From the NCBI GenBank assembly GCA_002189035.1, contig NEEC01000025.1:124001-188000 (forward strand): a DNA stretch of 64,000 nt. The letters are read 5' to 3'. The translations under genes were made by a program, and so were the position numbers. Positions 28,235 through 40,045 of the stretch are shown piece after piece. Origin of the DNA: Utricularia gibba (taxonomy: Eukaryota; Plantae; Magnoliophyta). The notes under the pieces are model-generated. The model saw only the letters and a program-made list of their open reading frames with translations, made no database searches and was not told the origin of the DNA. Position 1 is the first letter of the stretch, and every line of letters begins with the position of its first letter.

Positions 28235-29650
28235 TCACATGAACCGCTTTCTGTCGTTTGGCTTCAGAATTTGAAACGAGCACATCAAACTGTCATCAAC
28301 ACTCATCATAGCTCCGGCATTATCGAATTCACCGCAGTAATTGGGGGCAGAAAAGACAGTAACTAGCTGCCTGTCAGCGAAGAACTCATACCCATCTTCA
28401 ACAACCTTGTCAAGATTGCATACGAGATTACAGAGAGATGGATACAAGCATGAACATGATGAAGATAAAAGGAAAGGAGAGTCAGTGGTACCTGATGAGC
28501 ACGGCAAATAAGATCCATGTCATGTTGCATCAGGAATTCAGCTACCTTATCTGGGCCGAATGTATGTGAAACGCCTCTGTCATTCATTCCCCACCCTTTG
28601 ACATCCTTGCTGGGATCAGACCAGAGCAAGTCGCAAAGCAAGCCAGAGTCTGGAACATCAGTTGGGCGTGGAGAGTTTCTTATTTGGTCCAAATTGGTGA
28701 GTTCTGGAGAAAGGCCACCGTGCATGCAGAGTATTTTGTCATCAATAACTGCAGCTACGGGAAGGCAGTTGAAACACTCGGTGAAGGTTTTCCACAGTCT
28801 GACATTGAAGCGACGCTTGCATTCATCATAGAATCCGTATATCCTGTTAATGGAAGCACACTCGTGATTTCCTCTTAAGAGAAAGAAATTCTCGGGATAC
28901 TTGATTTTGTAAGCAAGAAGAAGGCAAATGGTTTCTAGACTCTGCTTGCCACGATCCACATAATCTCCTAGGAATAAATAGTTAGCTGCTGGAGGAAATC
29001 CTCCATAGTCGAAAAGCCTTAGAAGGTCACCATATTGTCCGTGGATATCTCCTGAAAAAAGCAGAAAACACATAAAGCACACTTGAGTTTTAGAGAAAAA
29101 GGGTAACTACAAAAATGCCATGGGAACAATTCCAACAGCTTGACAGGCTGCGGAAAACAGGGTAAAATCGTAATGGGTGTGTTCACCTGTAGTTTTTATT
29201 TTTTGCAATACAGAAAAAAAGGGACAAGATCTTAGTACAGCTTTGTCCTACCATATCTCCAAAACGAAAGACTTGCAGCAACCATGCAACATGAAGCACC
29301 CGAAAGAAGTTGAGAGAATCAACAAATTTATGATCCCATGAAGAGAACTTTCAATTACGTTTTGACATATCTTATCATAGTGCTACCAAACTAGCTCCTG
29401 GTAAACATGTTCCGATGATGCAATTTAATCGAAAAGCGATACAAAGGCATACCACAGATCTTGATGGGGGCTTCAAGCTCAAGAAGATTTGGCTGCGACA
29501 GAAAAATTTCACGAGACGCTGCACAAAGGGCGCGCATTTCATTCTCAGAAAGCTGCACCTGACGCATACCCGTGCATTTCGTAACTCCAGCAACCGGTTG
29601 ATGATGCTATCTAACATCGCAGGCTCAATCCCCCCATCATTCGCCGCCAT
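28235..29650 (-). CDS. TOPP: Ser/Thr protein phosphatase PP1 catalytic subunit (TOPP), 3 exons, with a 1-bp frameshift near 29570
   Basis: [48 protein letters not shown]. Exon 1 switches frame between RNAR and [37 protein letters not shown]. Confidence 0.95.
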
Positions 29651-30046
29651 CGCTCCTTTTTTCGATTCCCCTAACAAGACTACCGCAGAAACGACAGGCC
29701 CAGGTTCCACAACCGAATTCAATCGAACAAAGCCTACATATTACAAAAAAATGGCTTGCGGACAAGGAGCCAATACAAATCGATGAAGGAAAAGTAGCGT
29801 CTTGGTAAAACTATATTTTCCTTTCACGGGTTAAACTGCCGCGTCCCGATCATCTCATCTCCCAAAAGAAAAAAGTGAAGGAATTCCGATCATCAACGAT
29901 ACGTGAAGACGGAGGATTCATAAATGGAGTATCCACCTCCACATATCAAATTTAGAGTACGATCATCAAAATTTGTCGTTTCGCAAAACACAAAAAAAAA
30001 AGGAAAAAGTTAAAATAAAATAAAATAGAAAAAAAACCGAAAACAA

Positions 30047-30134
30047 GGCCCATAAAGAAATCTTCGGTGGGCGGGTGAGCCCATATCATTTAATGGGCCG
30101 AATAGAAGGATTTGGGTCGTTGACGACTAGGGTT
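30047..30134 (+). promoter_or_regulatory. Site II cluster and telo-like box in the shared PP1/RPL13 divergent promoter
   Basis: GGCCCA at 30047, AGCCCA at 30078, TGGGCC at 30094, TAGGGTT at 30128. Confidence 0.65.
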
Positions 30135-30583
30135 CGGTTGATATAACCAATTGAAGTATTCGTAGAACAATTGCAGCGGCGGATCTCGGTGCGGTGGTGC
30201 GTCACTTCCTCCGCCTCGTTCTAACCGTGAGTTGAAGCTTTGTAATGTTGATTATTCATTCACGTGGTTTTGGCTGCCTTAGTTTCATGTTAATGGAGAT
30301 TTTGAGGATCTTATTATGGATTCGTCGTCGACTTTTTGAATTCGTTATCTTTACTGAACGCGGTGTAGGAGGTGGTTAGTGGGGCGCGATACCTGTTTGT
30401 TTTTCTTAACTTCTGATCCTCTTAGCTACGATATGTAACTGGTGGCTGGGTGAGGCTTGAGTGTGCAAATTAAGATGTTAATTGCTTTACCACGTAATAG
30501 GAGTTATCTGCCGATCCACCAGAATGATGTGTACGTTCTAATGTAATCTGGGTCTAAAACTTTGATTTTGGTACAGTTAAACA

Positions 30584-31536
30584 ATGGTTAAGCACAACAA
30601 TGTGGTTCCCAGTAGCCACTTTAGGAAGCACTGGCAAAATTATGTGAAGACCTGGTTCAACCAGCCAGCAAGGAAGACAAGACGAAGGGCGGGTACTGTT
30701 TTGCCTCGATTTGATTTTTATTCTCTGTTGTATCCCTTCTGAACTTGCGTTTTTTAATGCGTTTTTGCAGCCAGACAAAAGAAAGCAGTGAAGGTTTTCC
30801 CTAGGCCAACTGCTGGGCCTCTTCGTCCCATTGTTCGTGGACAGACGTTGAAGTACAACATGAAAGTCAGAGCTGGAAAGGGATTTTCCCTGGAGGAGCT
30901 TAAGGTAAGGTTCTATGGGGATAGTCAGTAGGTCAAAAAATTTGAAGCCTTTATATGGATTAATTTTCTGTTGTTGTAAAATGTCATTCTCTTAGGGATT
31001 ATTTTTGGCTGTATTTTTTTTTTTCTGATCATGTGTATTCTTATGTTGATCCAACAATTGTACCTGTCAGGCTGCAGGCATTCCTAAGAAACTGGCCCCA
31101 ACCATCGGCATTGCCGTCGACCATAGGAGAAGGAATCGGTCCTTGGAGGGCCTTCAAGCCAATGTCCAGAGATTGAAGGTGTACAAGGCCAAGCTCGTTG
31201 TCTTCCCCCGACGTGCTCGCAAATTCAAGGTACCACCGGTTATCTTAATCAACAACGTAAATTGTTTCAGATCCACAATGCTTCAATTCTCCCATCCTCC
31301 TTGATCCTCTCCAGAACGGTGACTCCACCCCTGAGGAACTGGCGAATGCCACACAAGTTTCTGGTCCCTACTTACCAATTGTTGGAGAGAAACCAAATGT
31401 GGCGCTTGTCAAGGTAACAGAAGACATGAAGACGTTTAAAGCCTACGATAAGCTTCGCTTGGAGAGGACAAATGCCCGCCATGTCGGGAAACGAGCCAAG
31501 AGAGCTGCTGAGGCCGAAAAGGAGGAGAAGAAGTAG
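30584..31536 (+). CDS. RPL13: 60S ribosomal protein L13 (eL13), 4 coding exons plus a probable 5'UTR intron; absent from the ORF track
   Basis: Manual translation gives [82 protein letters not shown] and [11 protein letters not shown]. Confidence 0.97.
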
Positions 31537-32783
31537 GCCATGACCTGCCCCCTTCACCTCTTCGCCAAACAAAATCCCTGGATCGTCTCAATCTTTTGCT
31601 TCACAGACAATGGTTTTTCCTGCGCTCTGAATTTCTAGTTCATTTTCATCTCCTTGTGTTGGCCATAGTTACATTTGTATTTGGCCACAGTACTCCCCCA
31701 CCACCTCAAGATTCATTAGAAGCATCCTTCTTCCCAAGCTGCATTGTTCCAGTTCTGCATCATCATCATCATCTGAGCTTCATGCAGGTAAGGTGTCTAA
31801 GGAATAGTACTAGATAATCAGAATTGCGTTCATGAAGCCAGAATACATGGAGGGGTCCACTCTGCCCATCCATGGCGCCATGTCTGGAAACCACACCATG
31901 GACCAGTGGTGGGCACAGGGCTATTCCCCATCGTCGCAGCTGTGTTTGGGCTTCCTTAAAGACACACAGATTGATGATCAGAAAAATGATCAAGCAACTC
32001 TCTTGCACGGGGGAGGGATTGATCTTTCAAACTCGTTGGTGCACTGAGTAGGTTGTATGTGGTGTTAACATCGACCACTATTTTGGATAGCAATTGACAA
32101 AAAAGTAGTTCGCACGTCATATGCCTGTTGATGAGTGCTACTGCCTTAAACCGGATTGCGCCGGTTTTGGCGGGTACCCGACCCGGATACCCATTTTTAT
32201 TGTGTATTTTTAATTACCTTATCCCAATATTGCTATAATTTTCATGAATTTTTAAATTCTATTTGGTTATATTTTTGGATGGGTTGATGGGATCCATTAC
32301 CTGCTACCGTATGCCCATCCAGTTGCCGGTTGCCTGCCACCCACCGTCCCCCTTGCGACAACTTTTCCTTCTTAATGGTTAATTAATAGGAATATTAAGC
32401 GTATAAAATTAATCTAAATAAAACAAAAATTGCCAACCAATCAAATGTCCTCGAAAGCACCAGTTTTCTACTTCTGTCTGCCTTTTCCGTCAACTTGGTG
32501 AATCAGCTTCGGGACTTGTGCGTTTTTCCAACATCCGATATCCACTTTTTCATTTTGCTTCTTTTTTTAAAAAAAAAATTACAAAAATAAAGGAATAATT
32601 CAGGTGAGGATTCTGCATCTCTTTGCTGTTTATGGTTAATTTTGGATTAAATATTTACTTTGGTGAGATGAAAATCGGTGCACCAAGTGGAATCTGCCAC
32701 GTGTACACTGGATTCGTATGAGCTGTATTGTTTGTCGCTCTGCAGCTACAAAAATGAGAATTGGTTCGCAATTCTGTGTCGCA

Positions 32784-35048
32784 ATGGAACCCGAAACTCG
32801 GGCGCTCAAGGGAAGGAAATGTGGAGGGCTGCCGCGGCTGCTTTTTCTAATTGCGCTCATCCTCGCCGCAACCGCTGTGGCAGCCGCCGTGGCCGCGGTT
32901 GTGATCCGGCACGAAGGGGTTCTGCGAGGACGGCCCCGTCCTTCCCAAGCTATCTCACGTGTCTGTGGACGGGCGCGGTACCCGTCCCTCTGTGTCAACT
33001 CGTTGGTCGAATTCCCTGGTGCGATGGCCGCCGACGATAAGGATCTCGTGCCTATGTCTGTGAATATGACGCTTCAGAGAGCCGGACACGCGCTCAATTT
33101 CGCTTACAAGACGAGTATGCTCGAAATGGACACGCAAGTGAGGTGCGTGATCTGAGTTGATTTTGATGAAATTTACGAGTTTAGTTGAGTTTACCTCTGT
33201 TTTCAGGTCGGCGCACGAGGACTGTGTGGAGCTTCTAGAAGATTCCGTGGACCTCCTGTCGCGAGCTTTGAACTCTGTGGATCCGGACGGCGATGATTCC
33301 GCCGCCGGCACCACGGACGACGTGCTGACCTGGATGAGCGCGGCGATGACGAATCACGATACGTGTAGCGAGGGATTCGACCAATTGACCGGACACTTGA
33401 AGCGGAAAATAACTCAGAGGCTGAAGGATTTATCCGATCTATCGACCAACAGTCTCGCGATATACGCTTCCGGCCTTGCCGACGTTTCCACGGTGCCAAT
33501 ACAGAATCGCCGCCGGCGACTCCTCACCGAGGACAGTGAAATCGATCAGTTTCCGTCGTGGCTTCCGCGTCGCGAGCGAATGCTGCTGCAAATTCCGGCG
33601 TCGAAGATCAACGCCGACGCCGTGGTTTCGCTGGACGGCAATGGCACGTGTACGACGATCAAAGAGGCGATCAAATTGGCGCCTGAGAAAAGCAATCGGC
33701 GGTTTATCATCTACGTGAGGGCAGGAAGGTAATTTCCTCAACCTTTCTAGTAAAAGCTTTACTGACTCTTTTCCGGTTTACTTTCTCCCTTTTGGTACCG
33801 ATTCCGTCGAATAATTTTAAAATGATGGTAAGCCTACTTTTCCCGTAATTGCACATTATTTTATTCACGATTTTTCTGCAACTTTTTCTCGGCGTTTAGA
33901 TACGAGGAAGACAATCTTCGGATCGGAAGGAAGAAGACCAACATCATGCTGATCGGAGAGGGCAAGGGCGTAACTGTAATTTCTGGTGGGAAAAGCGTTC
34001 AGGATGGAGTAACGACTTTCCACACAGCATCTTTCGGTAGGTAAAAAGAGTTCCAGTTTTGCTTGTGAGTTTACAGTTTTGCCCCCGAGTCCGCGTGCGT
34101 GGCTTCCCCTCTGTTTCATGCAATTTTTTGTGGTCAAGGACTGTACCCCACAAGCACATGCTGCCCTCATGCTGTGGTGGTGCCGTGTGCGTCATCAGTT
34201 TCCATAATAACATACCTTGTCCGAGCTAATGATTGGTGGGTTGCCGTGTTGTGATCCACCCCTGTTCTTATGTTGCAGCGGCGACAGGGGAAGGCTTCAT
34301 TGCCAGGGACATAACGTTTCTCAACTGGGCTGGCCCCGCCAAGCACCAGGCGGTGGCGCTGCGCGTCGGCGCGGATTATGCCGTCATATACCGGTGCAGC
34401 ATCGAGGGGTTCCAGGACACACTCTACGTCCACTCGAAACGGCAGTTCTACCGCGAGTGCGACATCTACGGCACCGTCGACTTCATATTCGGCAACGCAG
34501 CTGTTGTGTTCCAGAAATGTAACATCTACGCCAGGAAGCCGCTGGAGGAACAGAAGAACACCATCACTGCTCAGAACCGCAAGGACCCCTCACAGAACAC
34601 GGGCATATCTATCCATGATTGTAGGATCATAGCCCAGCCAGACCTCGAGGAGGCTAAGGGTATCCCTGAGATAACTTCCAGTACTTTGATTCCGGCAACG
34701 ATGATGAGTGCTGATCTAATCATCGGTGTAGGTACTTTCCCGACGTATTTGGGGCGTCCCTGGAAGCTGTACTCCAGAACTGTCTACATGCTTTCCTACT
34801 TGGGTGATCATATTCACCCCAATGGATGGTTAGCGTGGAATGGCGACTTTGCTCTGGACACTCTGTACTACGGGGAGTACATGAACTACGGCCCTGGTTC
34901 TAGCTTAAGTCAGCGAATAACCTGGCCGGGTTACCGGAATATCACCTCCGGTGCGGAGGCTAGCAGGTTCACGGTGGAGAATCTCATTCAAGGCTCATCA
35001 TGGCTGCCATCTACCGGAGTGGCGTTTGAAGCAGGCCTCTCCACTTGA
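32784..35048 (+). CDS. PME: Pectin methylesterase with N-terminal TM anchor and PMEI pro-domain (type I PME), 5 exons
   Basis: TM helix; PMEI Cys motifs (CGRARYPSLC, AHEDCVELL, NHDTC); RRRLL processing site; QAVALRV, FQDTLY, GTVDFIFG, YLGRPWK. Start codon is uncertain (32784, with upstream in-frame ATGs at 32718/32754). Confidence 0.95.
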
Positions 35049-35856
35049 ACCAAAAACTACTCACTACCATACAGCACAGTAAAGGTAACCAACCATATTC
35101 TCCTCTCTCGCCTTCTGCAAAAATGTCAGTAAAATGCGAAAGGAAACACGGTGATTTGATTTATAGAAACGAGGGGTATCCTCTTCACATAATAAGGTCG
35201 GAGGTAACAGAGAAGTCTGTATGATCATCCACACAGTACCTAACTATTGTCTTCTTATCATGTCCCTTACTTCACTCAAACAAGATATCATATTGATATC
35301 TTGTTTATATAGCTTTTGCATGCATCTTCTAATGACCAATTATCCAGAGGCAAAATAGAATCCAACCCTAACAATGAGTTTCAATCAATCGAACATATTT
35401 CATCCTGTTAAATTATGTTTCTAAATACATCTATCGAATAACGAGTATTTAGAAAAGTGATCATTCTCGGGAAAGTGTGGTAAAAATATTAGTATAAAAT
35501 TTTTAATTGAATATGTTATATATTGTGTAGTGATGATGAGATTTATAAATATATCTATTGAATGAGACCTAAAATCTCTACTTATCCATTTGTCTTCATA
35601 CATTATTAGATTATAATTTAATTTTAAAATTTGGACGTTTTTATTAAAATTCAATAATTGAAATCTCATTATGTTTTTAATTATATTACTTTATTTTCCA
35701 AAAAGAATTTTTGGTGGTATCTCAAAATTTTGAAATTACTCAAATATTTGACAAAGTAGAAAAATCAACAAATTAATTATGATATTTGACGAAAATGGGT
35801 AATTTTCCAATCGAACATTCAAACCGTGTAGGCCAAGGAGCAGGGGAATCCCATCT

Positions 35857-36126
35857 ATGGCGGACGACACGTACTACGGCAAAGTTGACGGCTTCGCGCG
35901 GTGGCTGGGAACTAGCGTCGCGGCGGCGTTTTTCGCGTCTCTTGAGCGGTGCTCCTGCGTCAACATCGATGCCGACGGTGATGATGAAGATGAAGAAGCG
36001 CACGATCATCCTCTGATGCTCACCACGCTCCCTTCCTTTGCCTCTTCTACATCATCTTCGGCCGCGGCTACCACCGTCGGATCTGTGGTTAATCCATCCC
36101 CCGCAATTGAAACTCTCCCCGTCTGA
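35857..36126 (+). CDS. Small (89 aa) conserved plant protein of unknown function
   Basis: GC-rich ORF with the motif [27 protein letters not shown], an acidic stretch and HPLML, which I recognise from an uncharacterised angiosperm family. Confidence 0.78.
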   Translation: MADDTYYGKVDGFARWLGTSVAAAFFASLERCSCVNIDADGDDEDEEAHDHPLMLTTLPSFASSTSSSAAATTVGSVVNPSPAIETLPV

Positions 36127-37542
36127 TTCCTGTAAGAAAGGTGATTTCTCTTTCTACTTGCTCTTTCTTTTCTTGAATTGGTCTAATTCTCTGTTGCCGC
36201 TCTTCCAACTCGGCATCGCCAAAATCAATCACAGGAAACCCTAATAATTTATTTCTGATTAGAAGACAGTTTATTTTTAGTCTCGAAAGTTCTAGCCTTT
36301 GTTCAATCACTGCAAACCTTTCACTTGGAAGAGTTATCTTTTGCTTTTCCCTTTGCTGGGGAACAAGATGCTGTCTTTTGTCTTTCTAGTCTGAACTCTG
36401 AAGGATTATGCACAGAATCATTCAACCACCATTTCTTGCTTACATCTACTTGAGACTTTAAAGCACTCGGCATTTTTTGGCCATGGAAGCCAGCGAATTT
36501 AGTTCTTTGCATTTTTATGCCTTTGCTAGTCAGAGTGCTGCATACATAACATTGCATTCATCTACCTGGCTTGCAGTATAACCTCTATCTCCCCAAGTGT
36601 TGAAAAAGTTATGGCGTCCTCATAAAAAGTTTAAGAGCATTCTGGCTGTGCTTCTGCAGCTCAGGACTATGGCATTTGAGAACAGTTCCATCACATGAAT
36701 GAGTTGTTAGTTTCACTTTTGTACAGGCGTTTCTGTGCTCGAGTAAAACCTGTTGTGTGTTACAGGCTTTGTGTGTGTGTGATATGCTGGTTGATAAGAT
36801 TTGTTTCTGCTCATGCTCCTACTTTAAGGGCATCATTCATTTCAGAACCATGAATATAATTAGTATTTAGGGGATTTAGCTGAAGAGCATGAGATAAACT
36901 CTTGGAACTGCGTGTGGGATATGGTTTTGGAGAAGAGGAAGTGACTTGTGATGGAGGTGGTAGTTATGCTTTGGTGAGACTTAAGAACGTGTAAATCACC
37001 CGATTCCCGCGGATTGGATGCGCAGGTGCGGTGCGGATTCGCCGGAGGGTGGAATCAATCTTTGGTAGAATCAATCCGATAATCGTTAAATTAAATTTGA
37101 AATGATTGCAATTGTGACATCTTGTTTAAAATCATTGTTTAGATTATGTTTTCAAATTTTTTGAATTCATGAAAATATTTTTATTAGCAAAAATATGATT
37201 TTTATGAAATATATTCAAATACTTTATATATAAATAAATAAATAAATAACCCTAAATAAATAAATAGATATAGAGATATATATATATATGTGCATATATT
37301 ATAGATATACATATATCTATAATATAGAATATATGTCTATAATATAGAAATAGATAGATATATGTATATCTATTCTATATTTTATAATAATATAGAATAG
37401 ATACATATATATATTAATTAAATAATAATTATTATTGGGGATAAATGGGGTTCTTGTTCCGGGAAAAAGAAGCAATTCAAAACCCTAAATCAAACAGGTA
37501 GCGTTATATATCACCCCTTCGTCGATTGATCCATAAGGAAAA

Positions 37543-39261
37543 ATGGCGGGTGCGTATTGGAAGTTTGGGGATGGCACGCAGCAGCCGAACCCTCTACCTG
37601 TTGTCCCACCTGCGAAGCGAGCTCGTTCAGACTACGGTAATTTTCGTTACAGTTTTGCTTCTTCTCGAAACACTTTCTTAGCTTCGGTGGAGGCTAGGGT
37701 GAATTTTCGATCTGTGTTTCAATTGTACCTGCTTTTTGTTTCGATCGGGTGTAGGAAGTACGTTTGTGCATTAAAAGTTGTGGTGTTTCTCCGGTTGTGT
37801 ATATTAGCGCAAGTTGAAATTGGTTAACGTCGATAATTCTCGATGAAAAGATTGGTTTTTTGAATCCGATTTTTTGTATTTTGAAAGCCGTCCTTTTTTT
37901 ACTTTGTGAGCCTACGAAACAGTTAAGTAAATTAGAATGATATAGAAATTTGTCTGGGTGAATGGATTAGCAATGAGGCATTTTGACTCTCGTAGATTGG
38001 ATGCCATCGATTAAACTTCCAAGGTTGTGAAGTCTGTGTGCTTTTTGGATGCGTATTTATGAGCTTTGAAAATTTTTTACCTCATAATGTAGTTATTCCA
38101 GGTGCTCAGGGTCCTGAAGTCTCTGCTTACATTCCTTACAAAGATGACCGAGCAGGAATGGGCGTTATTAGAGATACGGATGATATTAATGCGTCATATG
38201 ATCGATATCTGAAAAGCACGGTATGATGTTGATTCTAAAATTCTGAAGCTGATGTTTTAAGCTCTGTAGGGTTTCCTAATGCATGATATCTCACTGTAAC
38301 AGCAAATATCATCATTTGGTGCTGATGCGGGTAGATCTGTAAGCAGCGGACTTAGTGGGCATCAACTTGTTGATGAACCACGTGTTGTAGGTATCCGAGT
38401 ACCTGATGCAACATTGAATGAAAAAGCTCACCCCTTTGGGTTGGGGGGACAGCCTGAAATCCCATTGCCTCCAGATGCTAGTAGCACGTTGTTCGTGGAG
38501 GGCTTACCTGCAAATTGCACCCGTCGAGAAGTTTCTCGTATCCTTTTTAAAATTTTTATTGATTTATTAATTTTTTCCTATGGTCCAATGCGTCCTCCTT
38601 CACTGTACTTTTTAGATATTTTTCGCCCATTTGTTGGCTATAAAGAAGTAAGGCTCGTAATGAAGGACTCGAGACATGTAAGCGTTTTCCAAAGCATTTA
38701 TTTTTTTATGCATATTCATGACATTTTACCAAGTAAATTTAAACATCCATTGCAGCCTGGAGGTGATCCATTGGTATTTTGCTTTGTTGATTTTGAAAGC
38801 CCTGCTCATGCTGCAACTGCCATGGTTGCTTTACAAGGTACAGTTACCCGTATTAAATCTCCCCCTAGGTAGACGGCCTGTAACAGCCAATCAGTATTTA
38901 ATTTACTGCATCATGTTTCTTTTCCATGACAGAAGCACCATGGATTGGGATTGAGATACATCTATTTCCGTATATGTTCATGGGGAATCCTTAATATGCT
39001 ACTTGAAGTGATAACTTATCCATAGATGATGCTTTATTTTCCTATGCATGGCAAGGGACATACACCTTTGTGCTTCTAGGAATTCCATACATCAATCAGT
39101 TTTCTATGTGTCAAGATTTTTTCACTGTCTGAATCCACTCCGCACACAATTTTTCAGGTTATAGATTTGATGAAAATGATCGAGATTCTGTCAACCTGCG
39201 GCTCCAATTTGCTCGCCATCCTGGTGCAAGATCAGGAGGAGCCCATCGCAGCAAACGTTGA
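37543..39261 (+). CDS. NSR: Nuclear speckle RNA-binding protein (NSR)-type single-RRM protein, 6 exons
   Basis: PAKRARSDY; YDRYL; DASSTLFVEGLPANCTRREVSHIFRPFVGYKEVRLV; PLVFCFVDF; LQGYRFDENDRDSVNLRLQFAR. Telo-box AAACCCTAA near 37481. Confidence 0.92.
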
Positions 39262-39869
39262 AAAGACATCTATTTCTCTGGTAAGCACACACATGCCATC
39301 CAGTTTCCGAATTCCCTTTTCCCCTTCCTTTCTATCTCATCATGGGAAACGCCACCAAAAATATGTCTTACCATGCTGACTTTGGACAACTCCTGTATAG
39401 GACCACTTCCCTGTGGAAGTCTACAGTCAGAGGGGTAACTTGCCATGAACTTGCATGTATTTCTCCACAGATGCCTTTGGAAGGATGCAAGTGCTTGTTA
39501 GAAGCGGCATGGCTGAGCATTTCCTCTTCCTTCTTCCCAGTAGAATACATTTATATTACCTGCATTCAAAACCAGCCTCACTAACTGTTTAGTAGCATGA
39601 GGCTGCTCAGCGTGCTGCTTGTTGTAGCCTAGTTCAAGGTCACTGTAGATTGTGCTTCTTCTTTCTTTCTTTCTTCTTTTTTCCCTCCAGACGATTTTTG
39701 TTGTTGAATGGCCTTTTTATGAAGCCTCTGTGTTGTCTGATACATGCTTGGAATAAAGTATTATTATTATTAATGTAATATGTTTTTTTTCATCGATTAA
39801 TAAGTGTTATATTAATATACTTCTGAAGATAGAAGAGATTGAATAATAAACAGAAAAAAAAAGTAAGGA

Positions 39870-39936
39870 TGGGCTTTTCGGGCCCAAATATTGGGCCCGA
39901 TGATGGGGGTCCAGCCCATGAAAACGAATTAGGGCT
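39870..39936 (+). promoter_or_regulatory. Site II cluster upstream of RPL9
   Basis: TGGGCT at 39870, GGCCCA at 39881, TGGGCC at 39892, AGCCCA at 39913; degenerate telo-box TTAGGGCT at 39929. Confidence 0.65.
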
Positions 39937-40045
39937 CTCTCTGACGATAAAGTCGGTTCTGCGCTTCGGCGTTTTTGAATCAGTGTGGCTACCCGCCGAT
40001 CGGTGAACGGAAAACCTTGATACGGTAAGTAACCGTGCGCTAAAG

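Noticed and set aside
34660-34668. PME intron donor GTATCCCT as U12-type
   Set aside because: It mismatches the GTATCCTT consensus and has a U2-like CTAAT branch rather than TCCTTAAC.
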